DNA of 64,000 bases, from contig NC_092679.1 of the NCBI RefSeq assembly GCF_964355755.1, positions 7,160,201 through 7,224,200 on the forward strand, given 5' to 3'. Positions 1 through 15,038 of this stretch are shown here, piece by piece. Source of the DNA: Antedon mediterranea. Lineage: Eukaryota > Animalia > Echinodermata. Position 1 is the stretch's first letter. Each line of letters starts with the position of its first letter. The notes below the pieces were generated by a model. It did not search any database and was not told where the DNA came from. It saw only the letters and a list, made by a program, of their open reading frames with translations. Position numbers and translations under genes: made by a program.

Positions 1-6
1 ACTTAC

Positions 7-2318
7 AATTTGCTCTTGTTTGTGACTTGAACGGTGGTGTACACGGAATGACGTCAACGAGAACCAAGAGCGCCAAGAAGATCGTCTGCCCATTTGTCAA
101 GATCAAGGCAATCTGGATGGCTAGAAACTTGGGAGTGATTCTGAAATCCTGCAGAGGTTCCCGTGACGCCCTGAAGATCATGACGATGCCGTATATAGCG
201 ATGAACGTAGAAGAGAAGGAGATGAGTTGAATGTACAGAAACGCCTCGTCAAACGCCAACTAAAATTAAATGTTAGAATAATTATCAATAAAAACTATTC
301 TCAAACCTATAGTTTATAAAGTTAGAAGTACATTTGCTATTTAGTTTTAGAGAGAACAGTATGTATGTAATTATCTTTACATATTTTTTTTATATTATTA
401 AGGTTTTATTTTGAGTGATAAAACAACGTACCTTTGGTCTGTAAGACCCATTCGCCCACAAGACGGACGCGACAAACAGTGCGATAGGTCGTACGAATGC
501 GACTTGTAACACCAATCGCTTTACCCATCGTAAGTTCTTTCTAGAAAATGAACAAATAGGAATAATTTCGAGTTTCGAGTACTAGTGTGATATGGAACGC
601 CGTTACTGCCTTCTTCGGGTAAAGAGTGCATAATTCCGAGTTAACGCCATCGACTTAAATTGTGAAATTTGTCCAGTTATTGTCTTAAAAGACACGTGAC
701 TGATCGATTTATCAATGACAATCTGAACCCGATATTGGTTAACTGATTCATTTATAAACATTTATAATCTATACTTACTCATTGACATCCATCTTTGGTA
801 GGCATGGGCAGCAACACGTGAGAGGGGGACTTGCTAGCGGTAGCTTTTGATCTTTTAAAACCTCTATTACGTACATCTTTCCGCCGTAAAAGTCGAAAAC
901 CAGCATCAGAAATTGGAACATCGCCACTGAAAAGAAACTATGCAAAGGAAAATAACAGTAAGCAAAAGTATCAGTATAGTTTTTTTAAAGTCAGAAGTCT
1001 GTCAGTTTTAAAGTCCCGAACGGCGCCCCGTACTTTTGTGAGGGTAAGAGACGGTTAAAATAAGTGCGTACTTACATAGAGCCTGTAAAACTGCACAGCA
1101 AATGAGCGGCTGGAACGTACAGAGCAATTAGTGAGGTACCGGATAAAACCTAAACAGATTTAATTGACCATGTTATAGTATTTATGTCTCAAATTTCTTG
1201 TCTAACATTTAGTCATGCACACACAATGCATACTTAAGTACACCGATATTTTAGTAATGACTGGATTCGAAAGTCGAACACTAATTATATCAAATATATT
1301 TAGAGAGTGAGTATGCCTATTGGTGATACCTAAACAATACAATAATATAGGTACAGTATAATTTAAAATACATTATATTTACTAAACGGTGTACTGGCAG
1401 ACTAATTTCAATGTTTGCGTTTTGAAAACAAATTTTAATTTACTAATTGGTATTATTATTATTGTAAAACTTACAGGATAAATTCCCAGAATACAAAGTA
1501 GACGAACTCTGCGTCGACTACTTGCTATCTTTTGATTAATATACATACTGGACTCCAAGTACAGAAACATAGTGGTAAATGACATTAATGTTAAGGTTAT
1601 TAATGTCAATAATGACCCTGTATCATTAGCAAATTCTAAAAAAAGAACATACAAATATTAATGTACACACTAAATAGCGTTATTTAGTATTATTGTCACT
1701 TTGAACTTTGTGACTTGCAATAAAACAAGAACTATTATGGCTGCTATCGCGTGCACAAATTTGAGACATAGTGAGCTAATACATCAACGGTTATTTTATA
1801 ATGATCGAGATTTACTGTATTTATAATTTGAGTAAATAAGTTATTTATCTTGCATCATCCCAGTTCTTTCTATAATAATTCATAACATAGATTCCATTTT
1901 TTTCAGCAGGGTCAAATTTACGATATCCACCTCTGGGCAAATATCTTGTCGGGTTGCCACGACAACAAAGGTCATTGCTATGGTACGATAATTTTTGCCG
2001 AATTTCTATCATATTTTAATACAATGCATATTTTGTGTGAGACGGTTCTCTTCATCTCTTCTCATCATCTAATCGGCATTAAATTATCCTCCATGTTGTG
2101 GTGTCAATATGCCATAAAACAGACAATAAGGACATCATTATTGTAATGAATTTTTTATGATATCCAATTAGGCGTATTATATTCATCTAAACATAGGCTT
2201 ACATATTATCTCAGGTAGTTGTACAACTCCCTGCATATCTAATCATTATGATATTGAACGTACCTTTAAACATCTCTGAGGTAGTTGGATCTCCTCCGCT
2301 ACAGTTATCATCAGCCAT
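7..2318 (-). CDS. SLC51A: Organic solute transporter alpha-like (SLC51A/OST-alpha family), 3'-partial. Coding exons 2264-2318, 1475-1635, 1076-1149, 779-937, 432-540, 7-259
   Basis: Six GT-AG exons join in consistent phase: MADDNCSGGDPTTSEMFKE / FANDTGSLL...RVRLLCILGIYP / VLSGTSLIALYVPAAHLLCSFTGS / IFFSVAMFQFLMLVFDFYGGK...PPLTCCCPCLPK / KNLRWVKRLVLQVAFVRP...LWANGSY / ...KFLAIQIALILTNGQ...IPCTPPFKSQTRAN. The Cys cluster (CCCPC) and the KF..Q..LILT..Q...I.C.PP motif are typical of OST-alpha. The gene continues beyond position 1; one-to-one orthology is not established. Confidence 0.88.
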
Positions 2319-5300
2319 TTTGTTTCCTTCTTTTTCAATACTTTAGTATAACTAGAATTACCGTGTCTTCTTTCCACAACCACCGACTAACTTTGTAAGA
2401 ACTTTATCAAGCCTGAAATTGCACAAACGGACAAGTTAGTAGATAGAAACAAGATTCACACTCAGTTAGGCCGTTAAAGATGAATAACGTCACGATACAC
2501 GTTCACAGTCGATGAGGAACACTTTAACCCGTGTTAGTACTGAAGTGAAAGTCGTGGTAACAATGCTACCAATTTTATACGATCGTTGAAGGCCACAAAA
2601 TACCCCACGGGACTAGGACATACGACACCAATATGGAGCGTAGTTTATAGGTTATCCTGTCAACAGATACTCAAATTTACAACGTAAGGAGATGAATTGT
2701 ACATCGTTCTAACTTTTGACCAATCCAGGATTTCTATTTGACAATTAAAAAATTATTATAAACGGAAACAGCTCCGAATGAAGCGAGTGTTTATTTTGAT
2801 ATCAAATGATTTGACGTTTTTCTCGGTGGTTGTTTATGACAACGACCACTTATTGAAAACATGTTGCTTCTTGGGTTGGCAACCCTATTGAACGTCACAA
2901 TGTCACTCGATGTGGGAAAAAGTTGGACTCCAAATTATTGTTGATTATAAAAAGTTATATGGAATAAACGCCTTTCGTCTTATTTACTTTTGCAATAGGC
3001 CTATATCGGTTCGACTGGCGTCCTTTCCACCGAAAGAAACTGTATTTAATATATAACCAAGTTAATGTTTACATAATTAAAGCAACAGTTAACATTGATG
3101 TTGTTTTATTATGTTTGATATCTCTTGTTGTTTTCGATATTCAGTGCATCACCTAGGTACCGGTAATTATTATACATTTCTATTGTCGAATCATTACTAT
3201 AAAAAAATCCTTGTTAAATTGCTTTGATATATAATAATAAGATAAAAATCTCACCGTATCAAAAACACTTTCTGATATAACGTTGAGCACCTACACTGCG
3301 TCTTGGCACCTTTTATGCCTTTTTCAATGTATAATGGTAAACTTATCAAGAATGCTGAGTGACTAAACTTTAAAATATAAAAATAAACAACTTGTTTTAA
3401 AGACTGATGAATGATGGAAGTCTTTGCAAAGTTTACTCATAGTAAATCTCACTGTTCAGCTTGTATGCCATCTGAAGGAGATCGTGGCCGTTTATTCAAT
3501 AGCCCTTTATTTCAAACTGTTATGTATATACTTCATATTTGTATTCAGAGACTGGTTCGATGGCGCCTCATAATATTAAGATTGTTCTCTTGTGAAAAGA
3601 CGGTACAGTACCTATTATATACGGTATTTATTGTGCATCTGTGTTTGATTTTAACACATTTTAATAACACTCATCAATCATAAACTGATTTCGAGAGGGT
3701 CTGCGAAAAACCCGATCCCAAAAATATAAAACAAGACGCAATTGCAACATGAACTTGAATGAATGAATGTTGGACGCAACGCAAGGACGTAAGCGCGCCG
3801 CGAGTAATTTGACCAATCAGAATACGATATATGATCATCTAAACTGATTGGCCAGCAACTCAACTCACTCGCGTGAGATATGGTTTTAACTAATGAGTAA
3901 TCCAACTTTTTACGGTATCTGATTTAATAACTCGTTGAAATGTGTAAGCTACGGTACTATTCCCTTTTGACGGTGTGTTAATATTTGGTTAGAGTTGTTA
4001 TGAGATAACATAAACTTTGGGCGGCTGTTAAAACCCAATTAAACGTTGTAAACTTCTTGTCTTGATTGATTGATCGATGGGTGTATTGAAACACCGATTC
4101 GTAATACGGTTTTTTTTTATTCGGTACCGTTCTTGATCGATTAGGGGATGTGTTGCGATATAATAAAATTTGAGTAGCAGTGTTAAAACCCAATTATTGA
4201 AAGTAACTTTGATGCCGAAAGGCACAGCATTGAAATACGGTATCCTTCACCGTTCTTCAAGTTCATTACGATTGTAACCATTCAGAACTGAACTATGAAA
4301 ACCTTCACGTCCCTCCTCCACAATCTTTGCGTCACCATGCTATTCGGTTTCAGACATTTGAAAAAACCATAAAGTAATTTATTATCTGTGTCGTTATGAC
4401 TTCTCTAATGTCTTGAATGCAATATAATCATCACGTAGACATACTTCAAAATGCCTACATCTCGTAACATTTGCCACATAGGCCTAAACTCGTTGCCTTT
4501 TTATGGTCTATTTATTTATTCAAATTTCAGAATGGGCTTTGTTATTTTCAACAGGTTGTACAAATCGAGTAAAATAGCATTAGTGCGCGGTAGAAACAGT
4601 AACACATTATCTAATACTTTACCCCCAGATGCATAAGTCATTTCGCTACTACAGGTTTGATAGTAGACATCGTATTCAGGTCATTGAATAGAGATAACCT
4701 TATACCCGGTGATCACTTAAAGTTTTCAGCAGCTTAGGAAAGTTCCATGATACAGTAACACATATTCGTCATATGTTATCTTTAGATCTTTAGGTATCAA
4801 TATAGTTGTGGTGAACGAAGTGCTAAACAAGTCGATAAATGAAGGAGTAGGCCTATACTAACGACGGACGGACGAGCGGGCTGAGATATTTCTTTACCAA
4901 CTTAAGTCGGGGACCCCTCATGAAACGTCACAACAAGAATATTAGTAGTCTTAGACTGCAAACGTTTTACTTTATAGTGAGAGAGTAATGAAAAGAAAGA
5001 ATGGAAAGAATAGGCCTAAGATGAGTAATTTATTTACTAATTAGCGAGTTTAATAATATTGGGTTTTATTGTTTTAAGCTTTTTAATTTCAACTTTTTCT
5101 ATCCGGATAGCCTTAGGCCTATTTGGTATTCGAAAAAAAAAATAGAAATGATTAAAATGAAATTGTTAAAACGTTTACTTACTTTAAAACAACCGTTGTG
5201 ATCGGCAATCCTACTAACAGTGACATTAAACCGATCGTCATTCATTGTTTGGAGTCTTTATATTGCAATCATAAATTGTGATTGATATCATCCTGTAAAA

Positions 5301-6222
5301 TTTCTTATAAATGTTTCGTGAGTTTAAATCAAACACAATTACCACTTCAAAGGCCGTCGGTCGAATAGACGGGCGACATCGAAAGGTGTGTCTGGTGTTG
5401 GCAGACGGGTAACGGAGTACAGCGGCAACTTCTTCATTTTGCTAATCGCTTTACAATTGCAATTACAAACAATTATATAAATACTGAAACATGATAATAA
5501 GGTATGTCTTATATCTTATCTGCGTTATATTGTTACTATTCATGTTTATGACATTGTAAATCGTTTCTTTTGTTCGTTTTAGAGTAGCCCTAATTTAGTG
5601 TGGAATGGTACAGGCGAGCTGTATTGAAAATCAAATATTGCCTCGAACAAAATTCAGTCACAGAATAGTTATGAAGAGGACATATTTGGGACCCCTCAAA
5701 GTGTTCCCTTAATATAGTGGTACCTCCTGAGAGGTTGCCGTTCCTCATTCGTTTCACAAAAAAATGTCCCCTGAATTATAAATATGGCGTTAACAAACAA
5801 ACAGAAAAGGAATAAACATAACAAAAAACTTACCGTAGAGATTAGGCCTTCATGATTCATTGGTGGAAAGGTCATCATTTCCATTTATTATATCATGCAT
5901 ATAAATATATAAAATGGAGTTGCTCTCTGAGACACAAGTATAAAACAGAAAAAAAAGAAACATGATTCGATTGGATAAAATGGAGAAAGCCCCCCCCCCC
6001 CCCCCCTTACCGAACTCTATAGTTTAACATTGATTTATTTTTATCATTATCATAATTCTTAGATATCAGTAATAAAATGTTTTAACACTCTAATACCCCA
6101 GTATTAAAATGAATAGGCCCTAGATGATAACAAAATATATAATTAATTATTCAATTTCGTCAGTACTTTTTGAACGTTACTTTAAGTTAATATATATGAT
6201 GGGCTTATTGAATAAATTACTG

Positions 6223-6259
6223 CATGGAGGAAATAATAATTATTATTTTTTCCTCCATG
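6223..6259. mobile_element. 37-bp palindromic transposon remnant (CATGGAGGAAA...TTTCCTCCATG) with 7-bp target duplication ATTACTG
   Basis: Inverted termini, with ATTACTG at 6216-6222 and 6260-6266. Confidence 0.6.
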
Positions 6260-9200
6260 ATTACTGTAACCATAGACAATTAATAAAAATCACATTGTTT
6301 GACTTATTGTTGCAGGTCCGGTTATAAGCGCCATGCTGGTATGCTGATGAGTTATATGACGTCATTACAAAAATTTTATTACCGTGCCATTTCGTAATAA
6401 TGTTAGTAGTAAAGGAATTTATTGTTTTCACTTGTCACTTTTAAAGTGTAAAATTTCAGTTATAGGTCTAAGACTCGAAGCTGAGTTGTCTAAGATATGG
6501 TAGGCCTACTGTTTTTAAAGATAACTAGGCCATACTATAACTACTAAAATATTGGTGTTTTTGTTAAAAGCCATTTAAATTGATATTCACTTTGACCAAA
6601 AATGTGATCCAAAAAAAAATTATTAACTTTATTAAAACTGCAAAATGGCCTAGAAAGTCTTATTTTAATAATATTAACTTTTCATGTTTTTTTACATCGT
6701 TAACTAAGCCTATTACGTTTTGTAATGTAACAAGATATCCTTTGCCTGAATTATGACAAAAACTATATATCGCCCTCAAACCGTTAACCACTTTTTTAAC
6801 TGCAGAGGGCGTAAGTTATCATTTCTATTATTCAACACACAATAGTAACGTTTTATTTTCCTAACATAATAAATTCCTCATCCTCGTCTAAATTTGTAAT
6901 ATTACTAAATTATTTAATGTATCTGAAATATTCTAATACAATATTTTAATACAAAAATCGTATTAATGTCAAGTTTTTTTAAAACTCGTTTAAGTAAATT
7001 ACGGCCGATTTATTTAATAATAATATTTATTGAAGGAAGCTACACCTTTACAACTGGCACACATTCATACACGGTGCGTTCTTAAAATAAATATATAGAC
7101 AACAAACAGATACAAAATAAATACAACAAACAGATACAACATAATTATTAGTTAATAATAACTGATATTAATGAGAAACTAATAGTTCATTTCTATAGGC
7201 TTATAAGTGGTAGGTATTCATATTATTTCCAAAGAGCGAAAATGGCGCGACGTATAGGGCTATACCCTGACAACAGTCGGTACACTAAACTTTAGGATGT
7301 CGATATAACAGGGTTATAAAACTAATTGATAAGAACCATAAATGAAATCAAGGGAAAGTGAAATGGTTTACCCAATACAATCACTTTTACATGTATTCTT
7401 TAGACAATGGTCAATAATATTATATATAAATATAAATATGTATAAGCACATAATATTTAGTCATAGTGACTGAAAACCGTTTTAACACAAAAAAATACAA
7501 ACTTTAAATTTTGTTTAATGTCATCATCAAGGAGTTGTTATAGTAGGCTATAATTCTTGCTCAATTAAGCCTAATGTTACATAACTTCATTACTCATATC
7601 TCACACTACAGGGAAGAGTGAAATGTTCCCTGCTCACACTAAAAACAACTTTTTGATCAACAACAAACATCCCGTCCTTGAGGTTGATTGGCCATTGTCT
7701 GCTTTAAAACATCCCCTAACGGCAACATTTTAACAAACCGGAAATAATCCAAGGGGACACTTGCATTTTCCAATTTCTAATATATAAGAATCAAGAGATA
7801 AATGTATCAAATACGATGGCTTAATAAGGTTTCGCATTCACTAGGCCCAATAGTTTTAACAAGGCAAACAATAGGATGAATGCAACAGACGATCGCCGCT
7901 CATTCAAAGCACCAGTTAAGCTGCCTATTTTCACACTTTCTTTAAATGTTCTTAATGTGGCTCTTTTGTTTATTTTAAATCAGATATGGTCGGATTTGTG
8001 CGCCATTTTCACAGATTATCTGTTTTGGACCGCTACTCAAACTCCCCAGCCTACAATCTGTAAAAGGCGCTTAACAACGTCCCGAAGCTACAATTAGCAC
8101 ATGATAAACTAATTGCAATGGTGATAATATAGAATAGAATTGAATTGAATTGAATTTAAATAAAATACAGTAATTGTATATACAGTTTGTTACAATCACG
8201 GTTATCCATACCCGGTGTGTTGGTATTTTGTTCATCAACCATGGGGAAATACATACTGAAAAGATTAGAAATTAAAATTAATATTATTATCTTATTTCCT
8301 CATATCATTTGTTTATTCATTAACAACAGTTTTTTAGTGTTATGATTATGAAACGTGTTAGCAAAACTCACGTATATTTATGGTGTGCTTTTTGTCTCAT
8401 GCTGTTCCGTTGCGCAATATTGGATTTATGTGAATTGTTTACTCTCACTTCTCCAGAGTCCATTGTTACTGAAACAAAATTATTTCACCTAAGCAAATAT
8501 TTTTATTGCACTTGTGATTATGTATAAAACATTATTTATACCTATAGTCCAATTTTGTTATTCAATTTATTTTTCTAAATTTTTTTTGTCTTGTTTTCTC
8601 CTCAATATATTGTTGGAGAAACGAATTAAATTATTGCTCCTATAAATCATATTGTTTTAAAAGTTAAATCTCGTAAAATAGTAAAACTAAAAAAAAAAAC
8701 ACAACAAACTGCACCTTAATTGTGTCGTTCCTGTTATCATCCATTATGGTAGTCAGTCCAAACTTTTATTTTGGCAGCTAAATCTTAAATAATTTACTGT
8801 AATTTATTGTTAATGTTTTCTCTGGTACATTACCGAATTTCGTTATCTGTGAAATGAGGGAGTAATATTCACACCGCTTTGCGATAATCCGCCGTCGTCC
8901 AGTACCGCACACAGACCGGAGGCAGGATAGATAACGTACTTAATATATTGGGCAAATTAATACATTACCAATAAACAATTAAAACATCAAAGCGGCAAGA
9001 TAAGTATTCAAAGTCTTGAGTTAAGTTTATGTATTTTATAATCAGTAACATTTAAATCCAATGAAATTGAGACAAAAACACAATTCGATAAATAGGCCCC
9101 TATATATAATATATATATATATATATATATTTTTAAGATAGCATAACTGCTACTACATGATTTATATTTACTAATTTTTCTGTTAAAATTTTAATTTGTG

Positions 9201-9428
9201 TGTCTGATTTTGTCCGGTAATCCTATCAAATGTTCCAATTTTACTCAAACTTAATGCTTGAAAATGAATGTTATTTTACTTTTGAACTGTGAGTTTAATC
9301 AATAGGTTACTGGTAAAAGTATATTTCGTTAGTCTCACTTTAAACAAATTTTAAAGTCAACAGTGTAGGCATATAACCAACATTTCTTTATTTTTACGAA
9401 TTAGACAAATAACATTTCGTGTATTAAT

Positions 9429-9846
9429 TTATTTGATTTGATTTGATTTATTCAATATCGGCTCAATACAAATACAACAGAAAACATTAAAAAAATAATG
9501 AAACAAAAAGCCAGGATTGTCACAAGCGAACCCAATCACTGTTTAAAGACTTTCCTTTAACATAAATAAAATATAATATAAATATAAAACAAATGACGAG
9601 AAAAAATTTATTAATAAAAATCTAAGACATGATGTAAAAAAATACAGCAGGGACCAGGTAAAATCAAAAGAAATAGTGTTGGCGAAGACTAGTCTCGAAT
9701 TCTCGAAACCTGCCAAGGAGAGCAAGCTCACTTAAATCAGAGGGAAGACCATTCCAAAGTTTACAGAATCTAGAAAAGAGTGAAGATTGAAAACAGACAG
9801 TTCGAGCAAAGGGTGGCCTGAATAGAAGATCAAATTTGTGACGAGA
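9429..9846 (-). mobile_element. 5'-truncated CR1/L2-type LINE 3' end
   Basis: Minus-strand translation DLLFRPPFARTVCFQSSLFSRFCKLWNGLP resembles the C-terminal RT..F..SF..R....WN.LP motif of CR1/L2 ORF2. It ends in AATAAA plus an (AAATC)n tail near 9429-9457. Confidence 0.7.
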
Positions 9847-12800
9847 AATAGGAGAAAAAAAAAGAAGAAACATCGAGTATCTTGTATTCATTCGCGGTAC
9901 TATACGTACAATTTATTTGTATCAACAGAATATATTATTGTAAGAACTATAGGACCGTAATTATATATTTTGAATGACACTTTCAGTGCTAAAGCATTTA
10001 TTTCCAAAGTGTTTCAGTAGAGAACATTAACAATATAATAACATAACAAAGTAATTTGCATTAAGTACACACATTTGAATTACCCCAAACACCGTGCCCA
10101 TCCCCTCCTAACTCTCGGTCTCCTCCAATATAAAACAGACAGAATGTATATATCTCCCCTTCGCGTCAATCAATACTTATTTCGTCAGCAGGGGAGATAT
10201 TAACACTCAATACCCCTCACGATGCAAAGCAGCAGCAAAGCCCTAAATGGTAAATGTTTGTTGTTAGTCTCGAGTACACAAAGAACGATCAAAATGTAGG
10301 TACTTTACTTACTAATATACAAACACATGTAATTTAACTAATATGCTAAATCTGTTGAATTTGCATTGAATTTCTAAATCAGGAATTTATTTTTTGTGTC
10401 AAATATTTATTGTCTGGATTAATGCATGAATTAAAACGACTTCTATTTGGAGACCTGCAAATGACAGACGGTGGATTAAGTCAGTTTCAGACGATATGAT
10501 TTTGGTAGTTTGATTTTAGGCTCTGGAAGGCCTAATCCTGTTATCATCAGCATGGTACGCTTATCGGTATGCAAGTGATTTAATGCAATAATGTTCACCG
10601 GCCTAGAAAACTAGTAAGTGTAATATTAAAAGAAAAATAAGGAAAAACAACAGTAATTATTTATATAGAATTTGTGCACTATCACGTTTAATATTTAATG
10701 ATTATTCAGTTGGTTCAAGTTTTACAAATACTGTTAAAGTATAGTAGTGATTTTACTGTAGTATTATTCTAATATATGCCTTTTTTTGAATTGAATTGAA
10801 TATACCAAACGCGGAGTGAACGGCTGGTTGAGCGAAAAAAAACACAATCAGATAGACCACTGTCTTTACCTGATTCTGGCGTCATAATAATAATTTCTGG
10901 TTTTGAAATAGCACTAAAGAACATAGTCATAAGTGCATATATTCTAATGAGTGAATAATAATTGAATATTGTCGCTTCAGTTTGTGGCTAATTTGCACAT
11001 AAAGCTATCACTTTGAAATAAAATGAGCGTGAGTAACAATATCGATTGTCACTAATAGGCGGTAATTCGACACCAAAGTCAGACTATCTAACGTTTCACT
11101 AATGACATGTGTTATCATACAATTTTATCGGCATATATAGGTTGATTCATTCCTTTTAAATTTATTTTTTCCCTTTTATAGGCCTAATAGTAGTTTTAAA
11201 TATATTTCTGAAATAATTTGTATGATTAATTTTATTTATTTATTTATTTTATTTAGAGTCTGTGAGTTAGGAACTGAAGATTGTAGACTTCTTGCAACAG
11301 ATAGTCAGGAAGTCAACGTACGATTGATCCTATGTGTAAATGTTTAAACGTATATCGAATTTAAACAAAGCTAAAAATTAGCTACTATAATCGTTTTATC
11401 GTAAATATTTCGATAGGCCTGCGTTAAAGAATGTAGGCCTATTTTTATTGCATTGCATAATTAGATATATTTTTGTAATTGGAAAAAATTGTAGAAATAG
11501 CATGTTGGTTATGACTGAGAACTTTACGAATTTCAACTTGAATTGGTCTGCATGTGATTAAGTTAGGCCTACCATTCGAACGATGTAAGCAATATAATAA
11601 TGACTAATAACAGGGAGATCTCCCTGCCATCAACAACCTTATCAGACAACTTGATATTATGAACAATTGGATCAATAATAAAAACAATAATTCATGCAAA
11701 GCTTTTTGAGACCACACACTGGATTTAATCTACTCTTGATTGCGGCTTGTTTATTCTTGGGATTTTGCAGGCCTTGTTCTTTTTGAAAATACATAATCCG
11801 TAAAGTGGTTATTTTATATCCAAAATTGTTGTTCAGACTATTTGCGCGCGCGCGTGTTACCGTATATGTCAATTGAGTACGCGTACTACGTTAATTTAGT
11901 GTGAACGAGACCTAATTTGTGTTTTTACGTAAATTGTAATTTGCTATTTGCTAGGCTTGTATGTCAATTTTGTATCTTATTTTGGGGGAAGGCCTACCGT
12001 ACGTTATGCCGAACAGACACTGCAAGTTACGTGGTTTTTGCTTACATGGGCGCATGGTACATTCAGAGCATGGCCAGTGATTATCATTTTTATTAAGATG
12101 TTAAAATAGCTGTAACACCCGAACTGTCTTTATTTTTAAAGCGAATCATTTTTCTTTTAAAAGTCATTTCAAACTCCCAGAGGCCTGAACGACGTGTGGA
12201 CAACTTAATACTAAGTGGACGGTGGCCTTACATTGAATAATACCTTTAATTGCTATATAATACATCCATTTAAACCTCTATTCATCACCTAAACATCTTA
12301 AGGTGTCATTTGTTGTGACAATTATTAACCAACGGCATTTTAGATTCAACACCTTGAGAACAAAAGCCGACGTGAGATACACGAAACGCCAATTTATCTT
12401 GAATGGGTTCAAAACAATACCTCGTGTAGGCCTAAATGAAAGGCAGCACCTGGGTCTATGCTTCTACATAATTGTAATGTAAAATAGAAATCTCAAGTGT
12501 CACGTGCGAGAGATGTAAGTATTATTATTACGCGTACAGAACGTCATACGCACTATGGACAGCCGTACGAATGTATCGGATTCCGCAATACTCAATCGGC
12601 GTGATTTCTCGAACACTCGACTAAAGTATCTGGTTCATTCGGATCGAATTTTGTGGTTGTTTAGATGCATACATCAATTTCATGGCAATCAATTTATTTG
12701 ATACAAACAGAGTATTCTCATACATACTTGGGATTTATTTTACAACATGCGCGCGTTTTCACACATTATCATAATTCATTAACAAATTAGTGTTTTCTTT

Positions 12801-14999
12801 TGTCTTCCGTGAATCTCTCATACTAAAGCTTGGTTCCCATTGAACGCAACGCAATGACGTATGCGCACTGTCATGCAAGTAATTTGTTAGGCGATAATCA
12901 AATTGATCGAGTTTTTAATATCTCCACATGATTCTGTTTTTAAATGAATCTAAATTTATATTTTCTCTCTAAAATAATCAAAATATACCCTTTATACAAC
13001 AAATAGTTTTTTAACCTAAAATACACGGGTTCAACAAAATGTTAAAGAAAACGAGCTTCCTCCAGTCGTGTTGTTCAATGCGAGGTATTGAATGCGAGGT
13101 AGTAATAAACTTGATAATAATAATGAGTTCAATGACCTCTTATGATTATTGTTTCCGTGGTATTCCAGAAGGTAAAGTGAAAATGAGGAACTAGGCTTAC
13201 CTATTAATTGTTTTAATTGTTCCTCGATCACTTTTTATCATCGAACATTGACTTATGTACATATTAAGATTAAAGTATATATTTAAAAACAAAATAAACA
13301 ATTGTATTCAACAGTTATGTCGTCATCAGGAATGACCTCTCGAATGACCTCTTGTATTATAATAGAATCTCATTTGTTATTACATACCGTAATTACTGTG
13401 TTATTTTTAAAGAACTTTTGTTTTAATATTTCGTTTTTTTTGTTGACAATTTAACTTTTAAGAAAGGCCATTAATTCCCTGGTCACACTTAACTAAAGTT
13501 TCTATTTAACCAAATATTTTGACAATTATACCACTTCCTATTTCGATCGAAACATTGAATTATAATTTACATATCATTTATTGTGTGTATATATACAGTA
13601 TAGTACTTTTGCAACACAAGCAAGCAAAAAGAGAATAGAAATCATTCCAGTAAATACTTACAATGTACCAATGTTAAATAATATCTCTTGCATGGAGGAA
13701 TTCCATGAGTTAATGGTAAAACGTAGCTGTCTTTTTAATGATAATAATAATAATAAATATTTAGATCGAAACTTTTTTTTAAAGTGGCCCATATGCGTAT
13801 GGTGCGTCCATACAATTACAATTATTATTAAAATTTGAACATCAAAATTACTTAAAAACTATACAAAAATATGGAAAATAAAAACTGAAACTAAAACAAG
13901 CAACTTTCAAACACAGCATAAATCTCATGAGAGTGATTTTTTCATGAAATAACGTTTTATGAATATATTGTACTGATGTGCTACAATAATGCCAATGTTT
14001 GCAATTACATACAGTGATTTACTCTTTACTAATTGTTTATGACACACAGGCCAACGGATGCCAACGCTAACCCTTTCAAGTGCCGCTTATTTGTGTTGTT
14101 ATTGTTCAGATTGACGTTCGTTATTTCATGTCATTTCATAATGACAACAGTAATTTAATGTTGCATATGTTCAAGTTCTATGCAGGGAATTATAGTGAAT
14201 GTCACTCTTCCCTGATATTACGCTGATGTTATTTTATATAGGCCTAAACTACGGAAAAACTCCATGTATAGTAACTTATTTCTCCATGATACAAAGAAAC
14301 ATAATTTTACAGAATAAAATGTAAAATAATTGCAGAATCATAACTGTAAGAAAAGTGAAACAATAAAATAGCACTGATAATTAATTCCGACAAAAAATGA
14401 TTTATTTTTTAAATATCTTAAAGATATAATATTTTCCCAATGAAAAAATAATTATTTTTAATTTTTTTGTTGAATATGTCATTTTAATGTCACATAATAG
14501 CTATTTACTTGAAAAAATTAGGGTCCAAAATAAAGTATTTACCTTAGAAAACTGTAATTTAAAGCAAAAATAGTCAAATTTTCTGTAAGACAATTATTTT
14601 TTGGGTTAAATTTAACTGTTTATGTTGTCTTATTATAAGTGAAATCATATTTTTTGTTCGTTTTTTATGGAATAACTTCATTAATGACCTATACAAAGTC
14701 GATTTTATAAATCTTCATTTCTGGGGACAATACATCAAGTGACATAATATACCGTAATCAACAACAATTCTAAATTTGTTCGGTTGCTTTATTGAATTGA
14801 TTAATATAAAGCAGTATAAAATCTAATCCAATATACGTTGTATTTTATGAGTTATTATTTTATTTTCATAAACATTTATAAATCATTAAGTGATTGTTGC
14901 AATAAAGACACAATGGGCCATGCTTCTAATACCCACGCCCTCGATATGTTTACGTAATGCGATCTTCTCGGTTTGGAATGATATGAACTGTTGTTTAAG

Positions 15000-15038
15000 C
15001 ATGGAGCTATAAACAGCTCCATTTGTTATAGCTCCATG
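15000..15038. mobile_element. 39-bp palindromic transposon remnant (CATGGAGCTATAA...TTATAGCTCCATG) with 7-bp target duplication GTTTAAG
   Basis: Perfect 13-bp inverted termini, with GTTTAAG at 14993-14999 and 15039-15045. Confidence 0.6.

Noticed and set aside
27-1058. Plus-strand ORFs 27-230 and 831-1058
   Set aside because: They are antisense shadows of the SLC51A-like exons on the minus strand.
14440-14680. Sequence shared with ~6580-6640, ~25330-25490 and ~56350-56430
   Set aside because: An old dispersed AT-rich repeat with no definable ends, so it is not classifiable and not evidence of a regulatory duplication.
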